Program-made: the position numbers and the translations under genes
Notes under the pieces: generated by a model
Database searches by the model: none
Told to the model about the DNA's origin: nothing
What the model saw: the letters and a program-made list of their open reading frames with translations, nothing else
From: Malacoraja senta
Taxonomy: Eukaryota
Assembly (NCBI GenBank): GCA_038087875.1
Contig: CM075987.1
Location: 14,756,001-14,820,000 of the forward strand
Reading direction: 5' to 3'
Length of the DNA stretch: 64,000 nucleotides
Shown: piece after piece, positions 25,326 through 38,800 of the stretch
Layout of the letters: each line of letters begins with the position of its first letter
How positions within the stretch are numbered: the first letter of the stretch is position 1

Positions 25326-26014
25326 TTATTTTAAGAAACAATAAAAGGGAGATAATCACATAAGTTAACAGTATAATAAGAACTCTTTGTAATGCTGGAT
25401 AGGACAAGGTAACATTAATGCTCGATTTATTATCCATATATTGATATTGAAGCCGTGTGGACTTCAGCAGCTGCATGCTTTTTATTTGGTTAACAAACAA
25501 GGGCCTGGCTAATCTGGATTGAATGACCACCCCCACCTCCTCAGCCCTCAACAGATGCCTGTCCTGCTGTTCGTCTCATCTGTCATGGAAATAGGTATCA
25601 GCATGACAATGGCATTACCCATGCCTCCAGCTGCCACCAGATTCCACAAGTCACTGTGCGGTGGAATTAGTGGGAGATCCCAGTTTGTTCTCTCATCAGC
25701 TTCACATAAGACGATTTATTGCAATGTGTTACACGGGTGTGGGAGGGGTGAGGACATATTTCTACTTGTCAGTTGGAGATTATTACCACGACAGCAGATG
25801 GGGACAAAATAACAAGGAGCTGCTCCCCATTGGTTCAGTGGATAATTCATCATGTTCTGTGTAACAATGACCAACATCGCAAAGTTATGTCTCATCTTGG
25901 AAAAACATAGCATTCTCTGTATTCTCTCAATAATAATTAAATTAGCTTTATCATCAATTCAACATTGTTAAATTCTCTAGCACCACTTTAAAAGGCATCA
26001 CACGCAGCATGGAA

Positions 26015-26313
26015 GTTTAGTTTAGTTTAGAGATACAGCACGGAAACAAGCCCTTTGGCCCATTGAGTCCGTGCCGACCAGTGATCCCCACCTATTAACA
26101 CTATCTTCCACACTCAATTTACAATTATACCAAGCCAATAAGCCTACAAACTGTACATCTTGGGGGTGTGGAAGGAAACTGGAGATCCCGGAGAAAAGCC
26201 ACACAGGTCATGTGGAGAAGGTACAAACTCAGTACAGACAACACCGTGGTCAGGATGGAACCTGGGTCTCTGGTGCTGTCAGGCAGCAACTCTACCGCTG
26301 CACCACCGTGCCG
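26015..26313 (-). mobile_element. tRNA-derived V-SINE (HE1-like)
   Basis: Reverse complement of the 20455 element; (tttag)n at 26015; head cggcacggtggtgcagcggtagag. Confidence 0.8.
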
Positions 26314-26499
26314 CTACAATTCATAATTCAAAGGAAAAGCTTGGAGTAGCCCAGAGCTACTCACGCCTCCGTTCAATCTGTGGTCTGTATTTGATCTGGG
26401 TAGGCACATATTCATTTTGTGCTAGAATTCAACATCTCACTGATACATCAATACTTGAAGTATCTCAGGTCTAAATGTGTTAATCAGTGATTCTGTTAA

Positions 26500-26531
26500 A
26501 ATGAAATTCTTGCTTTGCTTCAGCACAACAG

Positions 26532-26572
<41 letters not shown>

Positions 26573-26605
26573 TCTGTTGTGCTGAAGCAAAGCAAGAATT
26601 TCATT
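26500..26605. repeat. Near-perfect palindrome: 35-bp inverted arms around a (TA)n tract
   Basis: aatgaaattcttgctttgcttcagcacaacagaat (26500-26534) is the exact reverse complement of 26571-26605. Confidence 0.95.
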
Positions 26606-27948
26606 GTCCTATCTGGGACACATGACAATAAACCCTCTTGAAACTGCTTCCTTATAACAGGGTTCATATTTTTTCTAAACTCAAGCTGTATGTCAGCAAA
26701 GTGTAACGTCGCTTGCAATCTTAACTTACGTTGTGTCTACCCCGTGGGCTCTGGCCTTGTAATGTTCAAACATATCCTGGTACTCAAAGTCAGTGGTCTA
26801 TCAGGGGTGCAACTCAGGAGTGCTGGAGTGGTCATATGCAAGAACTGAGACCCAACAAACTCATCTAAATCTCAATTGTACAATAGGTTGGCCCAATGTC
26901 TTTAATTACACAATCACTACACAAGTGGAACTGGGAGGAATAGGTGTCACAGAGCAAGAATAACCTGACACTGGGGTTTTAATGGCGGTGGAAAGCGATT
27001 AATTATTGAGCTGTACAGCAGAGAAACGGATCCTTCGGCTCACTTTGTCCATGCTGACCAAGTTGGCATATTGGCTTGTCCCATTTGCCTGCATTTGGCC
27101 CATATCCTCTAAACTCTTTCTATCCATTTATCTATCCAAATGTCTTTTAAAAGTCATTATTGTATCTGCTTCTATAGCTTCCACTGGCAGCTCATTCCAG
27201 ATATAGTTTACCCTCTGTGCAAAAGTTACCCTCTTAAATTTCTCCTCTCTCACCTTAAGTCTCTACCCTCTAGTTTTGGAATCCTTTCCCTGGGAATATG
27301 ACTCTGAGCATTCACTTTATCCATGGCCAAGAAACTAAGACAGGGTAGGGATTTAGGGTGAGATAGAGTTGGGAAGTAGTATTAAGAGTTCTCCTTGTTC
27401 ACTAGGCAGTCCAAACACTGTTAAAGACCTGATTCCGAAAACAAAGTTTAATTTTAAAGGCCGGCTTTAAGGTGATCAGTTATTTTAAGTTTGACTATAT
27501 TCTCTTGAATTTCCCATTTATGATTTTGTTGCTTTGAATGAAATGGTCTTGAATTCAGGATATGGCCTCCACATAACGTGGACAGAACCATTCAAACCAG
27601 CATGGACCAAATCTATCAAAAATAGCCAATGGACTTGGCTAGGGGTTGAGGGTGACTTGAATGTTGGAATCAGCCACAACTCCTGCTTACAATCACCATT
27701 CATGATGTTAAACTGCATGTGTCAATTTTTAAATAAGGGCTTCACTCAACCGCTTTGAGCAGCAACCGAGGCCATGCCTGTGAGTTGGACAGAAATAGGA
27801 AAAAGAGCTTCCTTTCAATATCACAGGCTGAATGCGCTGTGATATTGAACCAGCTACCAGTGCCATGTAAAAAATATTCAGTTTGGGCCTGATCTTTGTA
27901 AACATTTCTGTGCTACTCAGCACAATGACTAATGACTTTGTAATCAAG

Positions 27949-28113
27949 AAGAAGGGTTGTCTGAAGAAGGGTTTTGGCCCGAAACGTTGCCTATTTCCTT
28001 CGCTCCATAGATGCTGCTGCACCCGCTGAGTTTCTCCAGCATTTTTGTCCAGATTCAGATTCAACTTTATTGTCATTGTGCAGTGTACAGTACAGAGACA
28101 ACGAAATGCAGTG
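27949..28113 (+). mobile_element. PLE end fragment with hammerhead core (27961-27988) fused to a reversed LINE-like tail
   Basis: 16-bp TSD tgactttgtaatcaag at 27933-27948 and 28114-28129. Confidence 0.8.
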
Positions 28114-31100
28114 TGACTTTGTAATCAAGTTTTGTTTAGCAGCAGTGATTAGTCAAAGTAATGAACAGCTGTACTCTCTTTAACACAGAAAATAGTTAAG
28201 TACCCGCTTCAGTCAGGACCAACGGTTCAAAGTATTTACTGTTAGTTCAAGCATTACCTTCCTCCTATGATAATGCAGACAAGCTTCCCCATCATTGACT
28301 CCATCTACACACGGTTGAATAGACAAGTTACAATCACTCTATGTTTGCACATTCATTAGCCCCTCTGGCAACATTATGATCATGGGACTTAATGCCAGCA
28401 AGCACCCATGGTCCAGGATAGATTGGGAGAATAACACACTTCCTATTCAAGCCCCAACTTTACCACCTTTCTCTTTTGTTTAATGCACTGTTTTAAGTAC
28501 AAAGTCTCCATTGTAATACCTTTTTGCTTTCAGTGCATCTCTTTCCATCCTTCAGCCAACAATGCTTTGGATGCCAGCTTCACGTAGTGATTCACTGCAG
28601 GTCCCATCTGTCCACCGCAGCTGTGTGGCTGCAGCTTAAAGTCCGCTGTCTGTTGAGGTGTAATGCATCATGTCCAACATGTCAGCCAGACATTCAAGGG
28701 CTTCAGTTACAAATGGGTAGAAAGCTTTCCAAACAACAGATGTGTTAAAACAGCTCGATGGAGGAGTATCTGGAACGTTCTTCGCAGTCTAGGTTTAACG
28801 AATTCACTTCACAAAAAAATCAAACTGCCAATGTATTGCTAAACAAGATCTGGGGTCCTTGCAGAAGGATTGAGCTGCAGGAAAGTGTCACAGTGACCAG
28901 TTGGGACATTTAATCCCACTGCCATTCATTAAGATCAGTTATCCTGTATCTCAACTTAGTTTGCTTACTGCAAATCTCTTGACACAATGACCCAACAAAA
29001 AGCTCCATCACTCTCACTCTCAACTCTTTTGAGAGGGGAGGGATCCCAGGTATGTTTGGTTGATTGAAGAAAAAAAAACTGCGTGGAAACAGGCCCTTCG
29101 ACCCATCAAGTCCACGCCGACCATCGATCACCCTGGTTCTACATTATCCCACTGCGATTAACATTTGAAATAGTTTTCAATTATCTAACTCTACCCCGAC
29201 CCACACAATAGCCCTGCGTTGTCATTCAGAAAGTGAACAGACTTTTGCTTCCGTCACCAGTCATCCAGACTAGACGTTACATTTTTTCAGTCAAATCTGG
29301 CTTAGTGGCGACTTGAACAACAATTACCACTGGATTGATTCCTTGCCTTTTAACAACCACTCTAGCATTACATTTATAGCTTTCGAGTGCTCATCACAGA
29401 CTTTATTACATATTTATTACACTAGCCACTTCCATTTAAGTTTCATTGCACTAAAGTAACTGGCACAATAAATGTATGGAGAAAGCCATGATCTAATCAG
29501 GATTAGAATCAGACAACATGTAATGTTTTACTTAACAGATCAAATTATTTTCCCTTCCTCATGTTACACTCTGGTCTCCGTTGCCGTTGAACAGAGAGGT
29601 GACACGGAGACGACACGGAGTCAGAGATCCATGCCCCCTGTGGTGAGGTATGTGCCAGTTCAACGAAGGGCAAGAATAAAGGCTCAAACATGAACTTTGA
29701 TATTTCATTCAGTCCATCTACAATACACAAACTCGATTCACATCCACGTATCTGCAGTTATTTTTCCTGTGATGGTGGAAGAGCAGAAGATGATTTCCAT
29801 TATTTTCTTTCTCCAGAACAGACTCTGCTCCCAATCACCCTGGAGACGTGGACACACGATGCTGGTGCTGTATTAGTGATCCTGACAGACAGTGACTTGC
29901 TTCCAATGGTTCAATGGTTTATTTTACTATCACGTGCATAGAGATAGAGTGCAATGCTTGTTCTGCATGCTATCCAGTCAAATCATACAATACATGACTA
30001 CAATAGAACTTCTGGAACAGCACGCAGAGTGTCGCCACGTTCCAGCGTCATCGTGCAACATCCAAGTCTCTGGAAAGACTGATCTTGGCCCTAGGAGATG
30101 TGCAATTTCTTATTTTCATTCCTTTAAGGTCTGGGGTCCTGGTGGCACGGATTGATGAAATAGGGGTCGGCATGCCCAGCGCAATGCCATCAGCTCCTTG
30201 AAGTGCAGAATTCACAAAATAAAACTCTCTTAAATCATAATTAACTTTTCACTCAATCCTTTATTGACATTGTTGTCCATGGTGGTTTCCCATCACATCT
30301 ATAAGCTGTTAACCCTAACAAATTGATAAAGTGAAGTTCTGCTCCTCCCCATCCCGATGATTGAGAAGACTCTGATCCTGACGTGACTGAAGAGGCCAGT
30401 GTGCTTGGCAGGGCTGATGGGTGGATAGTTTAGGAGGTGGGATACTTCTTCTGCCATTAATGCAGGGCTTCCATGTGCTCCTGATGCACACTCGATCTCT
30501 CACTCCCATGCCAAGTATTCCCCCATTGCCCTGAGCGATTCAGGGATTCCCAGGAACCAGTGACAATGTTTTTTTGTAAATCAAGGAATCTTTACAAATG
30601 TCCATCTCAATTTCTTTCCATGGAAGAGTTGTGTTTGGAGCGCCCCCTTCAGGCATCTTGTGCTGGGCATGAGACACTGAACACGGATTGTCTTATCCTG
30701 CATGCACATTTGAAGAATTTTGCAGAGACTGCATTGTTGAAATCGCTTCAAGGCTTTGAGGTAAATGGCGCGAGTAGTTCAAATCACAGAAGCATGAAGA
30801 CATCATCGCAACTCAGTTGACCATGGGTTTGTGCTGGGTGTGAGGTCTTGATCCTCAATTATCCACTTCCTCTCTTGACAAAAAGATGTCTGACCATTGA
30901 CGCACCGTGTTAGACTTGCAGTCATGCTCACAGTGGTGGGATTGCCATAAAGGAGATGACTCTCTGGAGCCAAGCCCTGGAACGGTTGCTATTTTAATCA
31001 AGTTATTGCTGAAGTTTGAGTAATTACATTGTTTTTGTTACTAAGCTAAGTGTCATAAATTGGGTAACTCAAACCCAATTAATCTGAATTCTGTTAAAAT

Positions 31101-32728
31101 AAACTGAAACCTGGAAGGTAATTATCTGTAAAAGCAATGTTAGAAATGTCAGATTGTTGTAAAAACCTCACCAGAGCCCTTTTGAGAATGAAGCCTGCTT
31201 TCCTTACCTGGTCTAACCTACGTATTTATGTCTCCACACCAGCACGGTTGCCTCTGGACTGTCCTCTGATACTGTTTACAGGGTGTGTGGTAACTGGGAG
31301 AAAAAATAAAATATTAATCTCACAATCTCAAGCAACATGAGAAACATCAGAATTTTGAGAAAATATTAAAGTAGAAACTAAGTGATTAAATGGACATGTT
31401 AGTGAAACACAAAGTGCTCGAGGAACTCAGTGGGTCAGGCAGCATCAGTGGAGGGATGGGATAGGCAACGTACAGGGTTGGGATCCTTCAGACCCAAAAT
31501 CCCACTCTCAACACAAGTGGGTGCTTTGATTTGCTGCCACCCTGACCCAGGAGACTGTTGGGAGTCTGCTCCTCAATGAACGTTGGACAATTGTTTTCCT
31601 TACACTGAACTCTGAAATATTGCTTGGATTGAATTCATGAAATAGTCTTCAACATGCTTCAAAGACTAACAAGTCTGTACCCATCCATTGATCCATTTAG
31701 AATTACGATAATGATTGTGAAAGGTTTGATACTAACTAAAACTGCCACTTCCAGTCTTTGCTTTGAACCTTGAGTCCATTCTCTATGCACATCGGTTCAA
31801 TGGCCGAACAGCCTGAATCTGCTCCTAGAACTTATGAATGCTGCTTCAGTGAACACCCCTCATGTTCTATAATGGCAATTGACCTCTGGTGTCTCCCGTT
31901 TAACCTATCTTTCTCCATACTGTCACTTTCTTATTTACTTGTTTCACCAAAAGCAAAAACTAAAAATTCTAATAAAAAAAAACTTTGAGAGACACAAGAA
32001 AACTGTAGATGCTGGAACCTTGACCAATATATAAAGTGCTGGAGTAACTCAATGGGTCAGGCAGCATTTGTGGAGGGAATGGACTGGCAATGTTTCAGAT
32101 CGACCCGAAACGTTTCTCTAGAGATGCTGCCTGACCCGCTGAGTTACTTCAGCATTGTGTCTATTTAAAATAAACTTTAGGACTGATTGTAGGTGAATTA
32201 ACAGAACGAACAGCCAACAGGTATCTACAATCTGCATAAAAATCATATGGAATATAAAAAAGTTGTGTTTACATTTGATGTAGTATAGAGACAGAGGCGT
32301 TAATGCAGCAGACCAGTGAATTCAGAAACATGCGAGCTGATGAGAAATTTGAACGGAGGAGTCAATGTGAATTGTTCATGTTTCTGCACCTTGTATTTTG
32401 CAACCATTTAACATTTATTTAAAAAAAATGTATTTAACCTGACAGACACAGAAAACAGCCTGGGTGTTAAATACTACAGTGGGAAAGTCTTACAACACTT
32501 GTTATCCTTCCGCTGTTGTATATCATCCGTACTTTTGCTATAGTTTCAAAATTCCTCTCTCACTTTGCCCAGGAGTTATCAATTAGTGCTTGGTTAACAA
32601 AATAAAACGTAGAAAATTATGACGTTACCATGCTAGGTTTCAATATAAACTTTAAAATAAAAATGTAAGTTTCTAAGAAATATTCAGTCCCCGATTTTCA
32701 TTTATGATTCATAAAGTACCATTGAATT

Positions 32729-32866
32729 GGTAGACTGGTCTGAAGAAGGGTCGAGACCCGAAACGTCGCCTATTTCCTTCGCTCCATAGATGCTGCCTCA
32801 CCCGCTGAGTTTCTCCAGCATTCTTGTCTACCTTCGATTTTCCAGCATCTGCAGTTCTTTCTTAAA
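32729..32866 (+). mobile_element. Solo PLE end fragment with hammerhead core (32740-32767)
   Basis: 9-bp TSD cattgaatt at 32720-32728 and 32867-32875; nearly identical to 23439-23568. Confidence 0.85.
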
Positions 32867-35800
32867 CATTGAATTCCCACCTGCCTGGAATCGCTAATAG
32901 CTCAATGCTGCTACCTGCTGGTAATAAAAAGAAACTGCAACACCAACTCAGCCTCACCATCAATTACTGTCATAACTCTGCCAATCCACCCAATTGTCTA
33001 TGACTGTACTAAAACATTGACAAAAAGCGGATTGGATGAAAGCCTCTTCCACATTGTCTGATGTTCAGACTTCCGATACAACACTACTTCAAATGTTAAA
33101 AGTATTTTGTGAAATGTAGTTTTAAAACCAGGATGCACAGAACTCAGCCATTGATGGGCGATATTGTTCTTAATGAAGGTCAGTAGGAATCTCTCCACCC
33201 CTCCTAAGAGTTCTTCATGGAGACCTATTGCTGTCCAGACTGAATGATGGGCACAGTACTGATTAAAAAGTATTTAAAACATAACTGCTATACAATTGTT
33301 ACTTCCATATTTTTACACTTTATCTTATAACTCTGATACATATGATGTGCTGCAGGCTCAATGTCCTGAATAAGTCAAAGGTCAGTCAAAATAGAATTGA
33401 TTTAATAATATAATTATCAATTTTCTCTGTAACATGATGAAGGCAAAAATGTGCATATTGAGCTGTATTAAAAATATCATGGTAGCTTATTACATGTAAA
33501 AGTGCTTCCCCTGTAATTCAGTAATACAAGCTTTTCTCCGCAATGCATGCCGAGATCAGAGAGCGAACTACAGTTAGTGAGCAGAGGCTGTGGACAGAAA
33601 TGGAATTGGGCAGTTGATTTGAAGGAGGAAGAGATAATCTGTGATGACGAAAGGTTGAATAGGAGGGAGCTTCAGTGTTGTGCAAGATTCCAGTGCACTC
33701 ACAAAACCTTTAATTAACATTAAATAAGTGAAAAGCGAGGCATGGCCTCAGAAATGACTCTCCAAGTCTCCATGATTAGGGCCAAGACATGCCAAGAAGT
33801 TGATATTTGACATTCAAGTTATCCATGGCAATCACAGTGATTAAGGCAGCAGCAACTATTTTCTGCTCACTTATTCAGTCAGATGATGTAGTCTTGCAGT
33901 GACATACAAGGCATGTGAGGCTGGCTCCTCATGGCAAGGATTCTAAATTATGATAGAGGAGCAAAAAAAAAGAATATTGAAAATCATGACTGGAGTATGA
34001 AGTGTTGAATAGAATGGAACTTTGACAGCTTGAATTCTACAATTCCTTACAGACATCACTACAACATCATTCTCCTGGCAATCTACTACTTCCAGAGTGC
34101 TAAGGGATGGTTGTAACCATATGACTGCACTCCCCTTCCCTCCATTAACTAACAGTGAAGAAAGTGAGGGATCAAATGCCAAAAAGGAGATATTTTAGGG
34201 TATCCTTCAATACTTCCTACATGCTGTGAGGAAAATGTCTCTCAAGTCACAAGTTGGCAGAAACAAGTGCAGTTCTGCCCGGTCACAATGCAAAACATTT
34301 CACTTCAGAAGGTTTACTCCAGCCTGAGTTGATATTTGCATAGAAAATCTCAGGTACCGCTTAAGTTACACCCTAATATAAAATTATTAACTAGCTCTGG
34401 GATAGTTCTGTGGAAACCTCAGATTTGGGAGAAATTTAAAGCCCATCAGTCAAGAATCAAGTGTTTAATTGTCCTATGTACCGGCAACAGAACAATGAAA
34501 TTCTTACTTGCTGCAGTTTTACAGGCTCGTTAATTCAATAATAAATACATAATAATCAATAATACAATAAAGTGATAACTGTAATAGTAGGTTACCACAA
34601 AAGTGCAAAGCCAAAGTCCACAGTGCAATCATCCATAGAAGATCCTGGTTGCTGAGCTTAGTATTGTGTAGTGTTCAAGAGACTGATGGTTGCTGGGAAG
34701 ATGCTATTTTGATCCGAAGGTCAGTTTTCAGGCTCCTTACCTTCTTTGCGACGACACCATTGAGATCAGAGCATGGCCAGAGAGGTGTGGGTCTTTGATG
34801 ATAATGGCTGACCTTTGAAGGAGCACCTGCTATAGATTCCTTCAATTACCTTCCATCAAGAATATTCTTCTGACTTGGTGACAACTTTCGGGTCAGAAGG
34901 TGTATGGTTCGAATGTTTTTCTGTAGTTCTGGCAATGGGGACTGGAACACAGGTTCTGATACCTAAGTTGGCATCTTTTAGAACATTCACATCTGCTCGC
35001 GCATGGCAGCACGGATTAAAAATATAGTTTAATTTCCTCATCGATTCCTTTGACGTTGGAGGCCTGCCTTCATCTCCAAGAGCATTGTCAGTCAGAATAT
35101 TGGGCAAAGTCCCAGGATTTGCAGATTCAGTGGAGTCTCAGATTTAGGCAAGGTGAATGTTGGCATGTGAGAGAACTGAATAATCATGATGAGAAGGGTC
35201 CAGGAGACGAAGAATCTGTACTGACCTCACTTTGTCATCATACCTTCCACACTATAGCCTTCATCAGGATGGAAAATCTCTTTAGTGCAGTACCTGCTAA
35301 CTGTATAATCCATATCAAACTAATTAGGAAGCTCACAATTAAACAACACTCATGATAGTGTACTTAAAGGCTTATTAACAAAGATAGGGTTAATTAGCCT
35401 GCTCTGTATGAGTGAAACATTTGAAATAATTAAACTGTTTGCTTTAAAGATTTTTTTCCAAACTATGCATGCTGGAATAATAAATAGGAATACACATGAT
35501 AAATCTGTGTCATTTCTTCAATCTATTTCAGCCGAATGCAGCTAAGGTTTAAAACACCCTTAATTTGAATGATTGGTAAAAATCCAATTGGGTTAATCAT
35601 CTGGTGTTAAACAAGTGCAGACTACAATACAGACCCAGATAAGCAAACAATGAGCAAATTAAATGAATTCCTAAATCATGCTGCCTGACTTGTGTTGTAA
35701 GCACGATACATAGTGGAACAAGTTGTAGATCGTATTCCCACATACATTATCTTTCTCCTAAATTGTTCTGTCTAAAGGGTCTCTCTTCATTCCCTTTACA

Positions 35801-38800
35801 CATGCTGCCTGACCTACTGAATTCCTCCAGCACTTTTATTTACTGAAGGAACTCAGCCGGTCAGGCAGCATCTGTGGAGGCAGAAGGTATGGGTTGACAT
35901 TTCAGGGTGACACTCTGCAGCAGAACTGAGAAAACCGACCTTTCTCTCTGTGGCTCCAGACTCCAGCATCTCCAACCTCCATTGTCTACATTTTACTACT
36001 CCATGCAAAGCCTACTCAAAGTACGCCCACTTTGAGGAAGTTCTCCTCCTCTCTCGGACAAGGGTTTTGTGAGACCCTCTCTCACTGCTCCTCCTCTATG
36101 ATTCCTCCTGCTCTCCCGCCACGGTCTGACCTGGACTCACTATTACAGCCATGTGTATTCTGAAGAAGAGTCTCAACCCAAAATGTCATCTGTCCATTTC
36201 CCTCCACAAATGTTTCCTGAGCTGGTAGTCACACAGCACTGAAAAGAGGCCATTCGGCCCAACACATCCATGCCGACCAAGGCGGCGCATCAAAGCTAGT
36301 CCCATTTGCCTGTGTTTGGCCCATATCCCTCTAAACCTTTCCTACATTGCAAGTTCCTCTCACGCTTTGTTTGTGCTCCTGCATACTTTACCTGAATATG
36401 TCCAAGAGCATTTATCCAAGAGCTTTTGTCACTGCTCCTTAAGAAACCATTCTCACATAATGTGGAAAATATTGAGGCTGCTTTGAGGGTAATAGTACAA
36501 GATAAACTGACAAAATATGCTTTACTGAAACTGTCAGAGTCTTAAACACAAAATGATACCTAAAACTATCCCTTGGCAAAGGACTAACACTTTAAACCAG
36601 GAAAACACAACTTGTCTAATATATGCTCTTTATTTGGATACTAACATTGTGTTACAGGGAAAAGTAGTCAATATTCAACACTTTCCTTCCTCCATTCCCT
36701 TCCCCGAGTATTTTGTGTAACTTACATGGTGGACGTTTCCACTAGGCATTAGTCCTTCAATGGGCACGTTTTAAAGTATCACGGCATATATATGTTGTGT
36801 CCTTTTCCTTCTATTTTAATCAGCACAATCACTACCTACCTTGACTAAAACACAAAGTGCTGGAGGAACTCAGCAGGTCAGGCAGCATCTGTGGAGGGAA
36901 TGTTTCAGGTCTGGACCCTTTTTCCCCCCAGACAAATCTAGAACATTTCATCAGAAATAATGTTTCACGGAATGAGTCTTACTAATAAGTTCTCAGTTGT
37001 TCCTAGATTTAAAATAGTAATTCACAATTAAAATGTTACATTCTGTAACAAGTTGCATGGGGTTATCGACACGATGAAGATCACTGCTTCCCAGTTCAGA
37101 TGATTTCAACACCAGGTTCTATCACAGAAGCAAGAAATTAAGTCCACACAACTCATTTTTACATGTTCAAATAAGCTGTTTAATTAAACTTTCAACTTAT
37201 TTCAAGCCAGGATTTGTTCATTTAAATCTTTAGAAAGGGATGTCGATTTCATGTTTGGCAAACTCAATGAATAATAAAAGAACATTTTGTTAAACCACAA
37301 GCTGAAATGCAAGCTGTTACAGAATGAAATGTCTGCTTTTCCATACATTGCATTTTCCCCCATGAAGAATCGCCGATGCCACAATTTATTCAGTTTTGTT
37401 CCATCCTTCCAGATGCTAAAGTGCACTCTGATCATCCAATATCACATTGGTCTTGTTCCATAAGCTCATGCTGATTGCTACACAGCGTTGATAAGTCAAC
37501 TATGCATCGTATAACTTTTCACTCACAATATCTGCAGTCCAATATTCAGATGCCGTCTACGTTTACCGCATCCAAAGCCAGATGAAATGAACACATGATA
37601 CTTTGGCTCCATGGTTTCTTTGATGGTGAGGACAATCATTGACGAACTTATTAACATCTTCTGATCTCAAAATGCAGAAATGTGCAGAAAAAAACCCTAT
37701 TTCAATGTAAATGCTTTAGATTTCCTTTTTGTTATCAAATTGCCATTTAGAAACTTCTAGGTAGCTCATTTCAGGTGCAGAGAGTGAGACAATGTTTTGT
37801 AAAACCGTTAACATTTCAAATGCAGTATTTCTATGCAAAAAATATATCTTTATAACTGTTACATCAGTGCATTGGCCACATCCTTATAAACTTTTTTTTC
37901 CCCCCAGCTCTTTCCTATTGCAAGCAGACTGAAGTCTCTTGAGTTGGCACACTTTACCTCCAAAGATCTCTGTAATTCTGATTCTGTAAGAATTCCAGGA
38001 ATAACTTTGATATCTGTCCAGAATTGGCATACATTTTAAATCCTTTTCAAGCACATATTTTTCCACCAATTTACTCATTTAAAAAATATAAGATTATTTT
38101 TCTCAATGCAATTTTATTAAAATAAATGTCAAGTTTACTGGCGTCCCGTAGCATTTGGAATGCTACCATGTCTCACTTACACTGTTACTCACTCTGCACT
38201 CATTGCAGTGAAGTTCAATAACTTCAGCACTCCCAATTTTTGGATGTCTTTGCTCAGTAATATAAAATAGTTTAATTTATATAATGAGATAAGAAGTAAT
38301 TTGCCCTCACCACTCCACACTGCAGGGTATTACCCTGGATACATTTCCTTTTGGCTTACATGAACCAATTTAAAATTAGATATGATGGAATATTAAAGAA
38401 ATTGTTTTTTTTTTGCTCAGATAAGAAATAATATCACTATAAGCAAATACTAAATGTGGACTTAGTATAAGTAATTCTACCCCAGGAACCTACTCCAGTT
38501 TGATCGTACTTCTTTTTACCTTAAGAAGGCTAGAGGAATATCTGTAAAGAGTTTCCTGAAAACAATATCACATTATTAAAGGACGACCAGTTTTCTTTAA
38601 ATATTTCTCAATTTGCTTCATTCAGAAATAAATGAGCATCTTCTGCTTTAAAATAAAAATCCAACATTTGTTTGTTTGCTTTTAAGCTGATTCCTCCAGC
38701 GCAGTTTACATGTGGGGGTGAAGATTTTGCAAACACAAACACCACAGCATTAAACTGGGTAAATGGAACTTCCAAAATGGCACATTGTACAGGGTAAAAT

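Noticed and set aside
30170-30960. Possible degenerate LINE fragments (also 2940-3240 and 34850-35330)
   Set aside because: Repeat-like composition, but too decayed to assign a family or boundaries by eye.
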